A stretch of 64,000 nt of DNA from Raillietiella orientalis (lineage: Eukaryota). The stretch's first letter is position 1. Each line of letters begins with the position of its first letter. The stretch spans positions 2,976,001 to 3,040,000 of the forward strand of contig JAYWIR010000024.1 in assembly GCA_036172245.1 (NCBI GenBank). Direction: 5' to 3'. The translations under genes and the position numbers were made by a program. The notes under the pieces are model-generated. The model was not told the DNA's origin. It saw only the letters and a program-made list of their open reading frames with translations, and did no database searches. This document shows positions 39,236 to 50,279 of this stretch, one piece after another.

Positions 39236-42200
39236 AAATATTTTGCCGGCACTTTATTTTGGAATCGAGGAAGCAAATCTCAAGTCCGCACTCCAATCCA
39301 TGGGGATGAGGGTGTTCTCGAAAGGTGCACCGAAATCACCTAAAGCAGGAGAGGATGAGTGACAGCAGCAACACAACACACACAGTGCTCGCCATGGGTC
39401 AAAGTCCACTTTCGTAAACGGGGAACGGATGAGATGCGTGGCGACAAGCAAGGAGTGAAGGAAGTGGTGGTGTTTGCTGGGCAAACACCGTGCACGCGAT
39501 CTGGAGCACCCTGTGCACACCCCTGAAGACCGAGAGCGAACGAACTTGGGGGATTCGTGACGCTGAAGTTCGGTTTGCCTTGCGCTGAACCTCAGTGGAA
39601 TTCGCGATCGGAAAAATTCGACGAACCTCAGGACGTCGTCGTAGGTAACATGAAGCAGGAAGAGCAGTATGTATCGAAGGAGGCGAATAAAAAAAAAAAA
39701 AAAAAAAAATCAGCAAGCAAAATAGCTGCACCGTATTCTGTGCCTTTACAAAAAGTGCCGTTCTGTATACGAAAACCTTGAATCGTGTTCTCCATCACAT
39801 TTCTCGTTCATTATATGGCGTCTTCAAAAGTCTGTCGATTTCACTCGTTGACGACCGTTTGAATGGATACGTCGAATCCAAACGGCTCTGACGACAGCAA
39901 TTTCAAACTTCCGATGTATTTCAAATCTTAAAATTACGAGCGAGCAACACCAATTATTTGTAGACTTCAGCAAAGGCTGAACTTAGTTTTATGAAAGATA
40001 GGCCCAAGAGAGAGTTTGTGAGTTTCATCGAATTTTCGCTAACGACATTTATGGGGAGTGAACGTGAAGATTTAATGAAGGCAGTGACGTTTTCCATTCA
40101 CAGTGACGGCTATGTTGATAGTTCCACTAACCTTCTCCGATGCTGCATCATAAAATTCCAGAGAAATCGAGATACCAAAGGAGACATCTTTAATCTTTTC
40201 AACTGATAATGATACATGGAAACGAATACGCGAAGCTCATAAGGCAAACACAACATCGGGGGGATCGAGCGGGGGAAAGGAAAAAAAAAAAAATCTGGCA
40301 ATATTAAACCGGGGAAATTTTCATGGGAATTTCGCAAGTTTCACAGAGGTTTCACGAGAATAACCAGAAATAATAGCAAGAACAAACAAACTGTGGCGAC
40401 GAAGAGTGTGGGTTGGAAAGGAACTGCGCCGCAACAATGCGGTGACATCGGAAAATCGCCATGGAAACGAGGCAGTTGATGATTCGTTTCGGGGCGAAAA
40501 GAAGAAGAAGAGGAGGAGGAGGAAAGCAAGTCCATTTTGCGTTACATTGCATTTACTTGTCCATTTTACTGTCGCAATGTAGATAACGCTATCAGCGAGA
40601 AAGGAATGCTTTCCGCCCTTGTATTCATTTCCTTCTTTGCTACCCTGGGTCTCAGCATGTCGAGTTCGAAGCTGTAACGATAGATTCCACGAATTCAGCA
40701 GTCCCCGGAGACTGCACTGTGCTTCTTGATCAGCGGAGCATCCAAGATGCAAATGAAATCGATTACATGGCACATGATCGGGATGCAAGATGAAGAAAAC
40801 TTTGAGAAGATTCGATTCCACCTTTCGGGACTGCTCGAAGACGTCTCTTCTCTTGTCCTTGGCACCCAATTTTGGGCATCCAGTCCGTGGCCGCGTCCAT
40901 TCGATCCAGAAGGCTGTTTGGTCTCGGTCCTCGGATTGCAGCCATTGCTTTTGATAGGGTCGGTCAGTGCCCTACTGCCTTGTGGTTATTGGGAGTGCTC
41001 CACGTGGAACTTTCCTCAATGGGAAGCTTGCAATTTCCTCCGTGTCCGCAGACGCAAAGTTTCGCTCGGAGAGAGCCCTTGCACATGCAAAGAATCATTT
41101 TCGCGATTGTTTTCGTTTATTTGGATGTTTCATTCCATTCTCCAGAAATCAGTTCAGGCAGGATTCGGAGGAAGGAACCCTCCTCATCTGGAGGCGAAGT
41201 CCCGTAGCAGAAACCCTTTGAGACACCGAGCTCCGTTTGCAGACTCCATCCGTGGTTTCGAAAACCAAGGATTGCCCCCTTCGCTTTGTACCATACAACT
41301 TGGTCGGTTGCTTCTCATAAGATGAACAACCCCAACCTCATCCCCCCCAAATCGGCCTGAGGGGGAGATGAACAGCCAGCCGCACTGCTAGGCAATGCTC
41401 CATAGGTTGAGGAGGAGGCAAACAAAGTACACATTGCAAAACGCACATCACTGAATTCACAGATGAGGAAATGCTTCATCGTTTCCAGAAGATCACTTCA
41501 TCAACGCAACTTCCTCGTTGCCAAAAATGAAAAGGAAAACCCGTCCGGCACGTTGCAAAAACGAGACCACCAAGGCAAAAGACATGGAAAAGTTCAACTG
41601 GAACGGGATCAGCGTACTTTCGCAGTTGGTACATCGTTCCCCAACGCTGGGCTTTTTGCGACTGGGATCCGAGATTAAGATTTATAAGTAGGGGGTAGTA
41701 GTTTCACAGGTTTTGATTGTTTTCTTCTTCTTCCCGTTCTGAAAAATTCGTGATTCATTTGTGCCTCGTGTGCTGGCATTCAGAACCTCTCATCCCGCAC
41801 TGTGTTGATGCGGAGCCCCGATAAGAGATCAGACAAAAAGCCTTGGATGCAGCAAATGGCTGTTCCGATAGGGAAGTGGCATATGCCTGGTGCATACGAG
41901 TAAAACGAAAGCACGGTATCAGCTTGAAAAGCATCGCCGTCGGAGAGACACTGGTTGCTCGATTAGAAAGAGAGAGAGAGAGAGAGAGGGGGGGGGGGAA
42001 GAGATTCGCAAGGGATCAGCTACTCCAGATGAAGCTGCAGTCTCGATGAAGAATCGAGTCACAAGTAAGTAGTGCGAGTTTCACTTCTTCGAAAAAGATG
42101 AAAGATCAGAATCCCACGGCCAGCGTCAGCAGGAACGTGCATGCGCTTCCATGTGATGCGCCCTTGAGCAAACAGAACACCGTGGATGTCCCATGTTTTC

Positions 42201-42692
42201 GACTAAGTGCCGAACCTCTTGTGAGAAGATGCACCAAAATATGAGCCTCGGCACGGCCGACTTTCAAGAAAGCTGCGACCTGTAGGAGGAGCACACGCGG
42301 TTCTTCCAAGCATTCCATCCTCTGGAAGCTGTGCAGAAATTCGCTCTCGAATTTTCGAGGCGACACCGATAAAATTACAAAAGGACAGACACACAACTCG
42401 CAACAAGAAATGTCGGTTGTACATGTTAGAATGATGGGGAAAAAAAAAAAAAAAAAAAATTTTTTTTCTCTTTCTATTCATTTTACTGTTCGCACCAGCG
42501 GAGTTTATTGGCTGTGAACTCGATTTTCACTTTCAACACTCCCCTTTTTTAATAAAAGCCTTCAGCGTGTTTCGTGTGGTAAATTCAACCCTATCGCGCG
42601 TGATACTTTCTTTAGGTGTTACATTGTGAAATTCAAGGTACAAACTGTTGCATAGCGCAGTTTTGCAACAGATGTCAACTCTTCCATCTCTC

Positions 42693-42724
<32 letters not shown>

Positions 42725-44045
42725 GAGGTTTTGCCTGCACACACCGCGGTCAGACCTTCCGCCTTTGGAAACGTGATGAAGAGATGGGCCACCACATTCC
42801 GTTTCATCAGACGGCGAAGCCGGAAAAAAAGAAAAAAAAAAAAAAAAGGAATTCATTTTTCCACCATCGAGCTTCCAGCAGTGCCGCTTTTGCCTCGAGT
42901 ACGTCCTTCGTCTTACACGCCGAGATCCAGGCCGCCAAACAGAGTCTGCTCCCTTTTGACTGTATTGATCTTCGCATCCCCGAAACACGTGGTCGCCGCC
43001 AGAAGCAAACAAACGGCGGGATCTCGCAGTTCCGCTTCCCAGCTTTTCCGCGCCGCCCGTTTGACCGGCGACACATGACTGGGTTCGTACCAGCTCGTCG
43101 TGACCCCTTGTTCGAGAAGACTCCCGGCTTCCGAACACGCTATGCACAGGCTCCTGCACATTTTCACTTTTTGTCCACCAGCATCCCTCTGCCTGGCGAC
43201 AAACGTCTCTGCACGTACGAGCTGGGAAACGAAAACGGTTCGACGACGATTACGACGACGCTACGGAGGCTGTGTATCAGATTTCCACTTGGAGTTGTAA
43301 GCACGCACACACATGGAAACGCGAAAAAGACGGAAAAATGAGGCTCGTTGCCACATATATATTTTTCCTCATCAAAGTAACTTTGCATCACAATAGCCTG
43401 CACAACGGCATAATGACAAAACGGAAGGCTGTCTGTCTCTCTTCTTTCTTTTTCTTTTTTTTGCCTTTTTTTTTTTTTTCTTTTACAACGCACGCAAGGA
43501 AATATTTTTTCTCCTTCATTTTTTCGAGAAATTTACTCTGGGTTGGCAGGTTTTCGATGAATAGTTACTTTTCGAAGGATAATACAGTCCTTCCCCATCC
43601 CGACAAAGATGAAAAAAAAAAAAAAAAACACATATTCAGCTGATACGAGCGTCACAAACAGCCCTTCCAGAAGTCAGGAAAAACTCGTGGAGTCAGAGAC
43701 GCAAGCGAATCAATCCCAACATTTGCGAACGTTCCGTCAGAATATATGTCAACATTTTTTAGGGACCTACCGACAGATCTGGAGAGGTACTCATTGTAAC
43801 TCAAATAACGCATCCGTTACTACGTTCAAACAACACGCTGCACCAATAGGCGAAAGATTCGTACTGCCATGGAGCACACGGCGCGGCATAAAAACTACCC
43901 ATCGGCAAAAGGCATCTTTCTTTCCAGTGATACGCCGGCGGAGCGTTGACCCTTATGGCAAGCAGCTTCCTCCCTCCCTTCGTACACAGATAACGCAACG
44001 CATCGGTCATCTCCGCAACACTTCTCCTCCCAAGCATGTCAGCCT

Positions 44046-45490
44046 TTATTGCACGCGGCTGGTGTCGATGTCGTGGGGCACTTGCAACATTACTGTCCGG
44101 TTACCAATCACCATGGTGTGCTCTATATTCTTGGTTTTCATCCCCGGAGGTCGCGGCACGTCTCCCCCGACCTTCTGGGCCGAGGGCACCGCTTTCGGCG
44201 TGCCGAGCAGGGATTTGTTGGTAGGGTACTGAATCTTCTCTTTGAAGTACGGCTGCGGGTCACTGTCGTACTGCAGGCCCTCGTCGACCAGGAACGACGA
44301 GTGAGGAAAATCCGTTCGGGACAGGAGGGTTCTGCTCCGAGTGGTATCCCCCCCGCTCCTGTCCGCGGGGTCCAGCTCCGGGGCGTCGTCGCCGGTCTGC
44401 CGCATGTTCGGTAACAAAAGCAGAGAGATGGACAGCATGAGGACCAGCAGGCAGGTCGACGTCTGCGTGCCCTTGTTGGCGCCTTTGGCAAGGGTCTGCA
44501 GGCGTTTCAGCTGGGCAATTAAATTCTGATTTTCTCGCTGCAGCTCTTGCAGCTTCTGCTGAAGGGTCAGATTCTCCGTGGAGCACTGTTTCACCCTGCA
44601 GTGGAACAAATGGTCGTTACCCATCAAACGCATCTTTTCGAGACACGTGGAAGGATGGAATGCTACGGAGATCGGCCAGCTTGGTTCACAGAGCTGACAC
44701 GGGAATTACAGGTCGGAGAGAGAGAGGGAGAGAGACAGAGAGAGAGAGAGAGATTCCTTCCTTTTCCCGAAGGACAGGCGACTGACTGCCGTCAGCAGGG
44801 CTGTTGTTACGCCTGGTAAGTTCCAGGCATGCACAAACCCCCGTCCACGGCGAGCATCAGGGAGTGCTTACTTTTCCTCCAGTCCATCGATGTACTTCTT
44901 CTTTCTCTTTCGGGAATCCTGGGCAGACTGCTTGTTGCGTATCTTCCTGCGCAACCGCTTGAGCTCTCCCTCCTCATCTTTGGTCAGGGGGTAATGGGTG
45001 GGGAAGGAAATTCCCTCCTTTCTGGCTAGCCGGCGCTCTTCGTCTGAAAGCAGTCCTCGAAGGCTGAATGCTTTTTTCCTTTACCTGTAAGAACAAGCGG
45101 GGGGTAACCTTTGGACTCGGTTTTGCTCTCCAGCACGCGGATGGCGCGGATGTTCTTCAGGTTTTTGAAGGGAAGGATGAGAGGAGCACCTTTCAGGGTT
45201 ATTTTCGTGATGCGTGGCGGAGACTTCCTGGTTTCCAGGGGAGAGGATTTGGAAGAGGATTCCGGCTCCGCAGCATGCGGGGATGGCGAGCTGATCTCTG
45301 ATTGCAGATCATCGATATGAGACTCGATGATGCTCCCGTCCAGGGAGCACGATAAGGGAGACCGGCACAACGTATTCTCATCCCAGGATTGATTATCATC
45401 CATAAGATAATCCAGATCCAGTTCGGACTGGAACGGCTTAAGGAGGTGATCATCCCTCTCCCAAATATCGAACAGACAGAGATCCGCCAT
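44046..45490 (-). CDS. CREB3-family (Luman/CREB3L/OASIS-type) membrane-tethered bZIP transcription factor, join(complement(45085..45490,44872..45043,44046..44595)), ~375 aa
   Basis: ATB region [36 protein letters not shown]; basic region [29 protein letters not shown]; zipper [48 protein letters not shown]; luminal RSRTLL (S1P RxxL). GT-AG introns of 41 nt (45044-45084) and 276 nt (44596-44871, containing a GA repeat) are phase-consistent. The exact paralogue cannot be assigned. Confidence 0.92.
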
Positions 45491-45930
45491 GAAAGGCAAG
45501 CACTGAAAAATACACATTTTTTTTTTTTTTTTCTTTCTGCAGTGGCATACTTTATTCGTTTAAAACTTGTTGCTGCCTTCGCACATTTATAAAAAAAACA
45601 AATAAAAAATCCACAAATATGCAAAACAAAACAAGATCCGTACTGAGAACACAAAATCCAACCACTGTGCCACACACAATGGAAAAAAAATATATATATA
45701 TTCCGTGGATTCGTATGCCGCAAGTTTCCCGTGAGATAACAACACAGATGAATTCTTTCTTAATGCACGGGCAGCCTCTTCATTTCCTTTCCCGAGAAAG
45801 TTAAGGCACTTACAGCTTAATCGCACACGAATGCCAAAAAAACACGCTGAAATGATGTGGAAAAAGCACACACACACACAAAAAAAAAAAAGCCAAAACT
45901 TACCTAAACACAATGTAGTTCACCACTTAC

Positions 45931-46460
45931 AATTATTGAACATGTTTATCTCCCGAGAGCTAGGATTCGCATGACTACGTCACCACTTTGTCGTCATCAA
46001 ACATTCTTCCCGAAAGCGTGAACGGAGTGCAACTGGCGAGGTGGCGGCGTACGGTACACGTGGTTCGTTTTTTTTTTTTTTGTTTTTTGTTTTTCCTTTT
46101 TTTCATCCTCGCGGGGGAAACGGTACTGGTGATTTCAGTACGATTTTCAAGTCATGTTTAGTTGAAAGGAGCCCGGAAGAAGGGAAAAACAACAACCCTC
46201 CCCCCCTTTCTTTGAGTGAAATAAAGGGAGCCACGATACAGTATTGTAGATTTGAATGAGATCAGCGGAGGCCCACTTTCGCCCCCATCCTAGACTGACC
46301 GACATGTGGAATTGGATAGGACAACTTTTACGTAAAGAAACGGTGGTGAAACGAGAATCATCAGAACCGTAGAGAAACGCGGTAATGGCTATGCTGTTCA
46401 TTCACCGAATTCAGAGTTTCCTATGATTTCCTTCAGATTCACTCGCTGTTTCGAAAACGT
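45931..46460. promoter_or_regulatory. Putative shared (bidirectional) promoter of the CREB3-like gene and NOL6
   Basis: Head-to-head arrangement. CREB3 5'UTR donor-like GTAAGT sites on - at ~45903 and ~45930 with an acceptor at 45503; NOL6 ATG at 46461; CpG-rich; E-box CACGTG at 46057-46062; CRE-like TGACGTAG on - at 45975-45982. Confidence 0.55.
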
Positions 46461-49400
46461 ATGGATGCACAAAAAACAGAGGCGGGAAACATGAGCAGGA
46501 ATAAGCCGACCCAGAATCAAAAGAGAAAACATCCAACTGATGGCGACTCACGTGGAACTAAGCATGTAAGTTTGGAAGAAGAAAAATTAAGGATTGAATA
46601 ATACATAACCAGGAACAAAATCATGAATTCAGCAAATGGAAAAAGAGGAAAATTCCCGTTACCAAACTGGAAGGGGAGCAACCCGTAACCCACAACGAAC
46701 TCACCACTCTTCTGGAAACGGAACGCTTATATCATTCAAATCTCTTCCGATTACAGATCAGTGAGCTTCTTAAAGAGATGGAGCCATCTTCCAAAAAGAT
46801 GCTGCAGATTCAGAACTATTTGAAGCAGCTTGGAGAAAGGTTGCATGCCATTCCTGTGAAGAAAGATGTTCAGGTTAATAGTTGAAAGACTGATGCAAAA
46901 GTTTGATTCTTTGCAGATGGATAAAATGGCATTTCTCAAGAAGAACAATCTAAAGTTTCCTATACATTTCAAGAAACCACTACCATCTGAGATCATTACA
47001 TTGGCTCCTCCAAGTCATTTATTCCAAATTGGTTCATATGACCTAGGCACTTTGTTGTCATCTCATTTGGAAGTAGATCTGGCAGTTGAAATGCCTGCTG
47101 TAAGTTAATTCTGTGTGTTTTTCTGAAATAGCCTCATCACTTCAAGGGATATATATTACCTGCTGATGTATCAAGTGATAACTATTGGTATAAGATAGCA
47201 GCATATCTTTGCTATTTGGCTGCAGACTTGCAAAAAAGCGACTTGGTTACTGAACTGTTATTCTGCTATCTAGAAAACAATATTTTGCGCATAGAATTGC
47301 TACTCATTCCAGCTGGAGCAAAATTATCTGGTGTGCAGATACACCTACGTGCTATCCCTCCTCAGGAAGAAGAGACTTTATTCAAGTTTTTTCCCGAGTT
47401 CTCAAACATCTGTGGCCCGTGTATTGATACCACATGTACCTGCATATCTCACCATAATAATGAAATTGCTAAAGATTTGGTGACCCATTCCTTACAAACA
47501 ACCTTACGAACTGTGTTGGAAACAAAAGTGCTTTGTGATGCAGTACGATTATTAAAGGTCTGGGCCAAACAGAGGGATTTTCAGAATGCTGATAGTAGCA
47601 TGCTTCTTACAGCATTACTAGTGAAACTCTTTTTGCATCACAGAGTGCATTCCCACATGTCTAGTTACCAAATGGTTCGAGTGGTTTGGGAGCAAATAGG
47701 TAAGATACAAAATATTTCTGCTATCATAAATCCATGTTGCTTGCAGCTAACTCTGCATGGTGGGAGCAAGGCTCCTCTCTGAGTAATAACTGTGAAAATA
47801 TGGATTTGTTTAAAAGCCAGTTTGATGTTGTATTTCTTGATAGCACTGGCTGCTGTAACTTAGCAGGCAATCTTACGTTAGGCACTGTGAATAGAGTGAG
47901 TTTTATTCTTTTGTTGCATCATTTTCTCTCAGTTGCAGTATGAAGCACAAAAAGCCCTAGAAATTCTAGCAGATGCAGACAGTCTGGATAGCTTCACAGC
48001 ACTGTTTATGACACGTGTCTCGGCTTTTCGCAAATTTGATATGATTGTTCACTGTCCTATAGATGAAGCACAATTGCAAGCATTGCAAAAGGACAACCAA
48101 CTCATTGACTGGGGACATGGCTGCATGCATCTTGCTGTTCATACCCCTCTTATTAAATTGTTGCTTGGGGGCTTGGGTGCCAGGTATGTATGGGATAATA
48201 TCTTGATGGAAAATAATGAAAGGTAGGGTACATCTGATTACTGTGGAATCTCCTGTGAATCCTCCTTGGTCAGTGAAAGAACAAGCCAAGTCCTATGAGT
48301 TTCCCATACATGTGACTTTGCAGCTATTGCTTGATCCTGTGCTCAGCAAGAATAGAGTGGACAAATGTGAAGATGAGAAGGAAGTTTCAGAATTTAAAAA
48401 AATGTGGAAAAATCTATCACATGTTCGTCGGTATCCTGATGGTACTATCTGTGAATCAGTAGTGTGGGATGGTGCCAATCAGACTGAGAGACGCCAAATT
48501 GTGCAGCATATGTTGTTGTTTCTCCTTGAGAAGCATGCTGCCATTACACCACAAAAAGTAGTTTGCCACGTTAACATCTTAGATGATATGTTACGGTATC
48601 CTATAGTGAAAGTGATTGGTGCTACTAAGAGGGCAGAAGAGCTGCAAAAATTGCTTTCCAGTACTGGTGAAGAGGCTTTCTTACATCGTAAGTGTGGCAT
48701 GTGCAGTTGTGTGCAATAATTTACAATTATTGTTAGTTCATCACTGCTTTGACGCATTAAACAAAATGTTGCGTGAAGTGAAGGGTCTGCCCTTGACCAT
48801 TACTAGTGTTCAAGGAGTGAGTTCTGCTCTTCGTTACACCTCTGTTTTTCCTCCAATCCCTGCTAGTTGGAAATTTTCTGGTGGCAAAACGCGGTTTAAA
48901 AAGCGTAGCCCCATGCCATTAGCATCATTAATGGTGCTCCTAAAGTTGGAGGCTAGTGGACATTGGCCTGATGATATTGTTGCTATTCGCCATTTAAAAG
49001 CTGCATTTCATGTGGAGTTAGCATGTCAGCTTAAAAGGCAATTCGGTTTACAGACTTATGCAGAGCGCACTCATGTGGATGTTCTATATGGAGGTTACAT
49101 GTTTTCTTTGCACATAGCCTATTATCGGGAAATAGTGCTACGGCGTCAATATAAAGACTCTAGTGGTCGGTGGGCAGAGAAGGATACCCAGGAATCCTTG
49201 AAATTGCAGAAGCAAACACAAATTGCACCCAGAGCACACAATGCACTTTATGCTCTGCAACATCAGCATAGTAGTTTTGGTCTCACTTGTCGTTTGGCTA
49301 AGCGTTGGGTGAAGAGTCAGATGCTCAGTGGGCATCTACCTTCCATGCTGGTGGAATTATTAGTTGCACATCTGTATTTGAATCCTGGGGCCTATGGCAT

Positions 49401-50228
49401 TCCTGCTCACTCACAGCCCATGTTTCTTCGTTTTCTATCACTTTTAGCCAGCATGCCATGGCAGCACAAAGCCTTTATTCTCAAATTCGATGAAATGACA
49501 GGTAATTTGGGATACTTTTCTCTCATTCTTAACCAGATTTCCAGATGAACAGGCTGCCATAATTCAAGAGCGTTTTGACCATAATCGACAAACTTTGCCT
49601 GCCCTTTTTATATCCACCCCATGGGATCTGTCAAGCACTTACTCATCTAATGTGCCCAACTGTATATTAATTTGGCTAGGAAAGATTGCTCAGGCTGCAC
49701 TTCTGCAGTTGGAACAAAACCTTTCCTCAACAATAGCTTCTGATCACAAGAGCATCTTCCGTCCACCACTTAGTCATTATGATTTCCTAGTGGAGTTCAA
49801 TTCTATTCATGTTCCCAAATCCATTTTTGCTGTTGATCCTCCCAAGTCTTTTTGGCTGCTTGATGCAAATGTAACTGCTCAAAACAGTTATACCTTCCAT
49901 CAACCCATTTGTATTCCATCAGAATATCTACGTGAATTGAAAGTAAGAATTTATTACTTTGTGGCCATATCTAGTTCATTTTTAGGAAGCGTATGGTCAT
50001 ATGGCTGCCTTTTTCTATGACTCTTGGGGAGGATTAGTAGTTGGAGTGGTACTTAAGTCCCAGGCATCCATTCGTATTCCATTTCGAATAGCAGATGTAT
50101 GTGGCCACCGAAGAGTTGAAAATGAGCTAGAATTCAACAAAGAAGCATTTCATGATGATTTAATGGTTTTAGGAAAGGGATTAGTGACCAAAGTTAGCTC
50201 CTTGAAAAAAACTGAAATAAAAGATTGA
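46461..50228 (+). CDS. NOL6: Nucleolar protein 6 (Nrap/Utp22), 10 exons: 46461-46565, 46613-46873, 46917-47099, 47147-47699, 47747-47895, 47933-48183, 48227-48687, 48737-49501, 49545-49942, 49986-50228; ~1122 aa
   Basis: Motifs ETERLYHSNLFRLQISELLKE, IGSY..VDLAVEMP, DAVRLLKVWAKQR, FDVVFLDSTG..NLA, FKKMW....RRYPDGTICESVVW, LPLTITSVQGVSSALRYTSVFPP, LEASGHWPDDIVAIRHLKAAF, RLAKRWVKSQML, AAFFYDSWGG. All nine introns are GT-AG (47,43,47,47,37,43,49,43,43 nt) and phase-consistent. Confidence 0.95.
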
Positions 50229-50261
50229 TTCTATTATGAAAACATGTATTGTGCAGGGACA

Positions 50262-50267
50262 AATAAA
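50262..50267 (+). promoter_or_regulatory. Putative polyadenylation signal of NOL6
   Basis: AATAAA ~33 nt after the NOL6 stop, within the 51-nt gap before the InR stop. Confidence 0.6.
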
Positions 50268-50279
50268 TATGGAGGGCAC

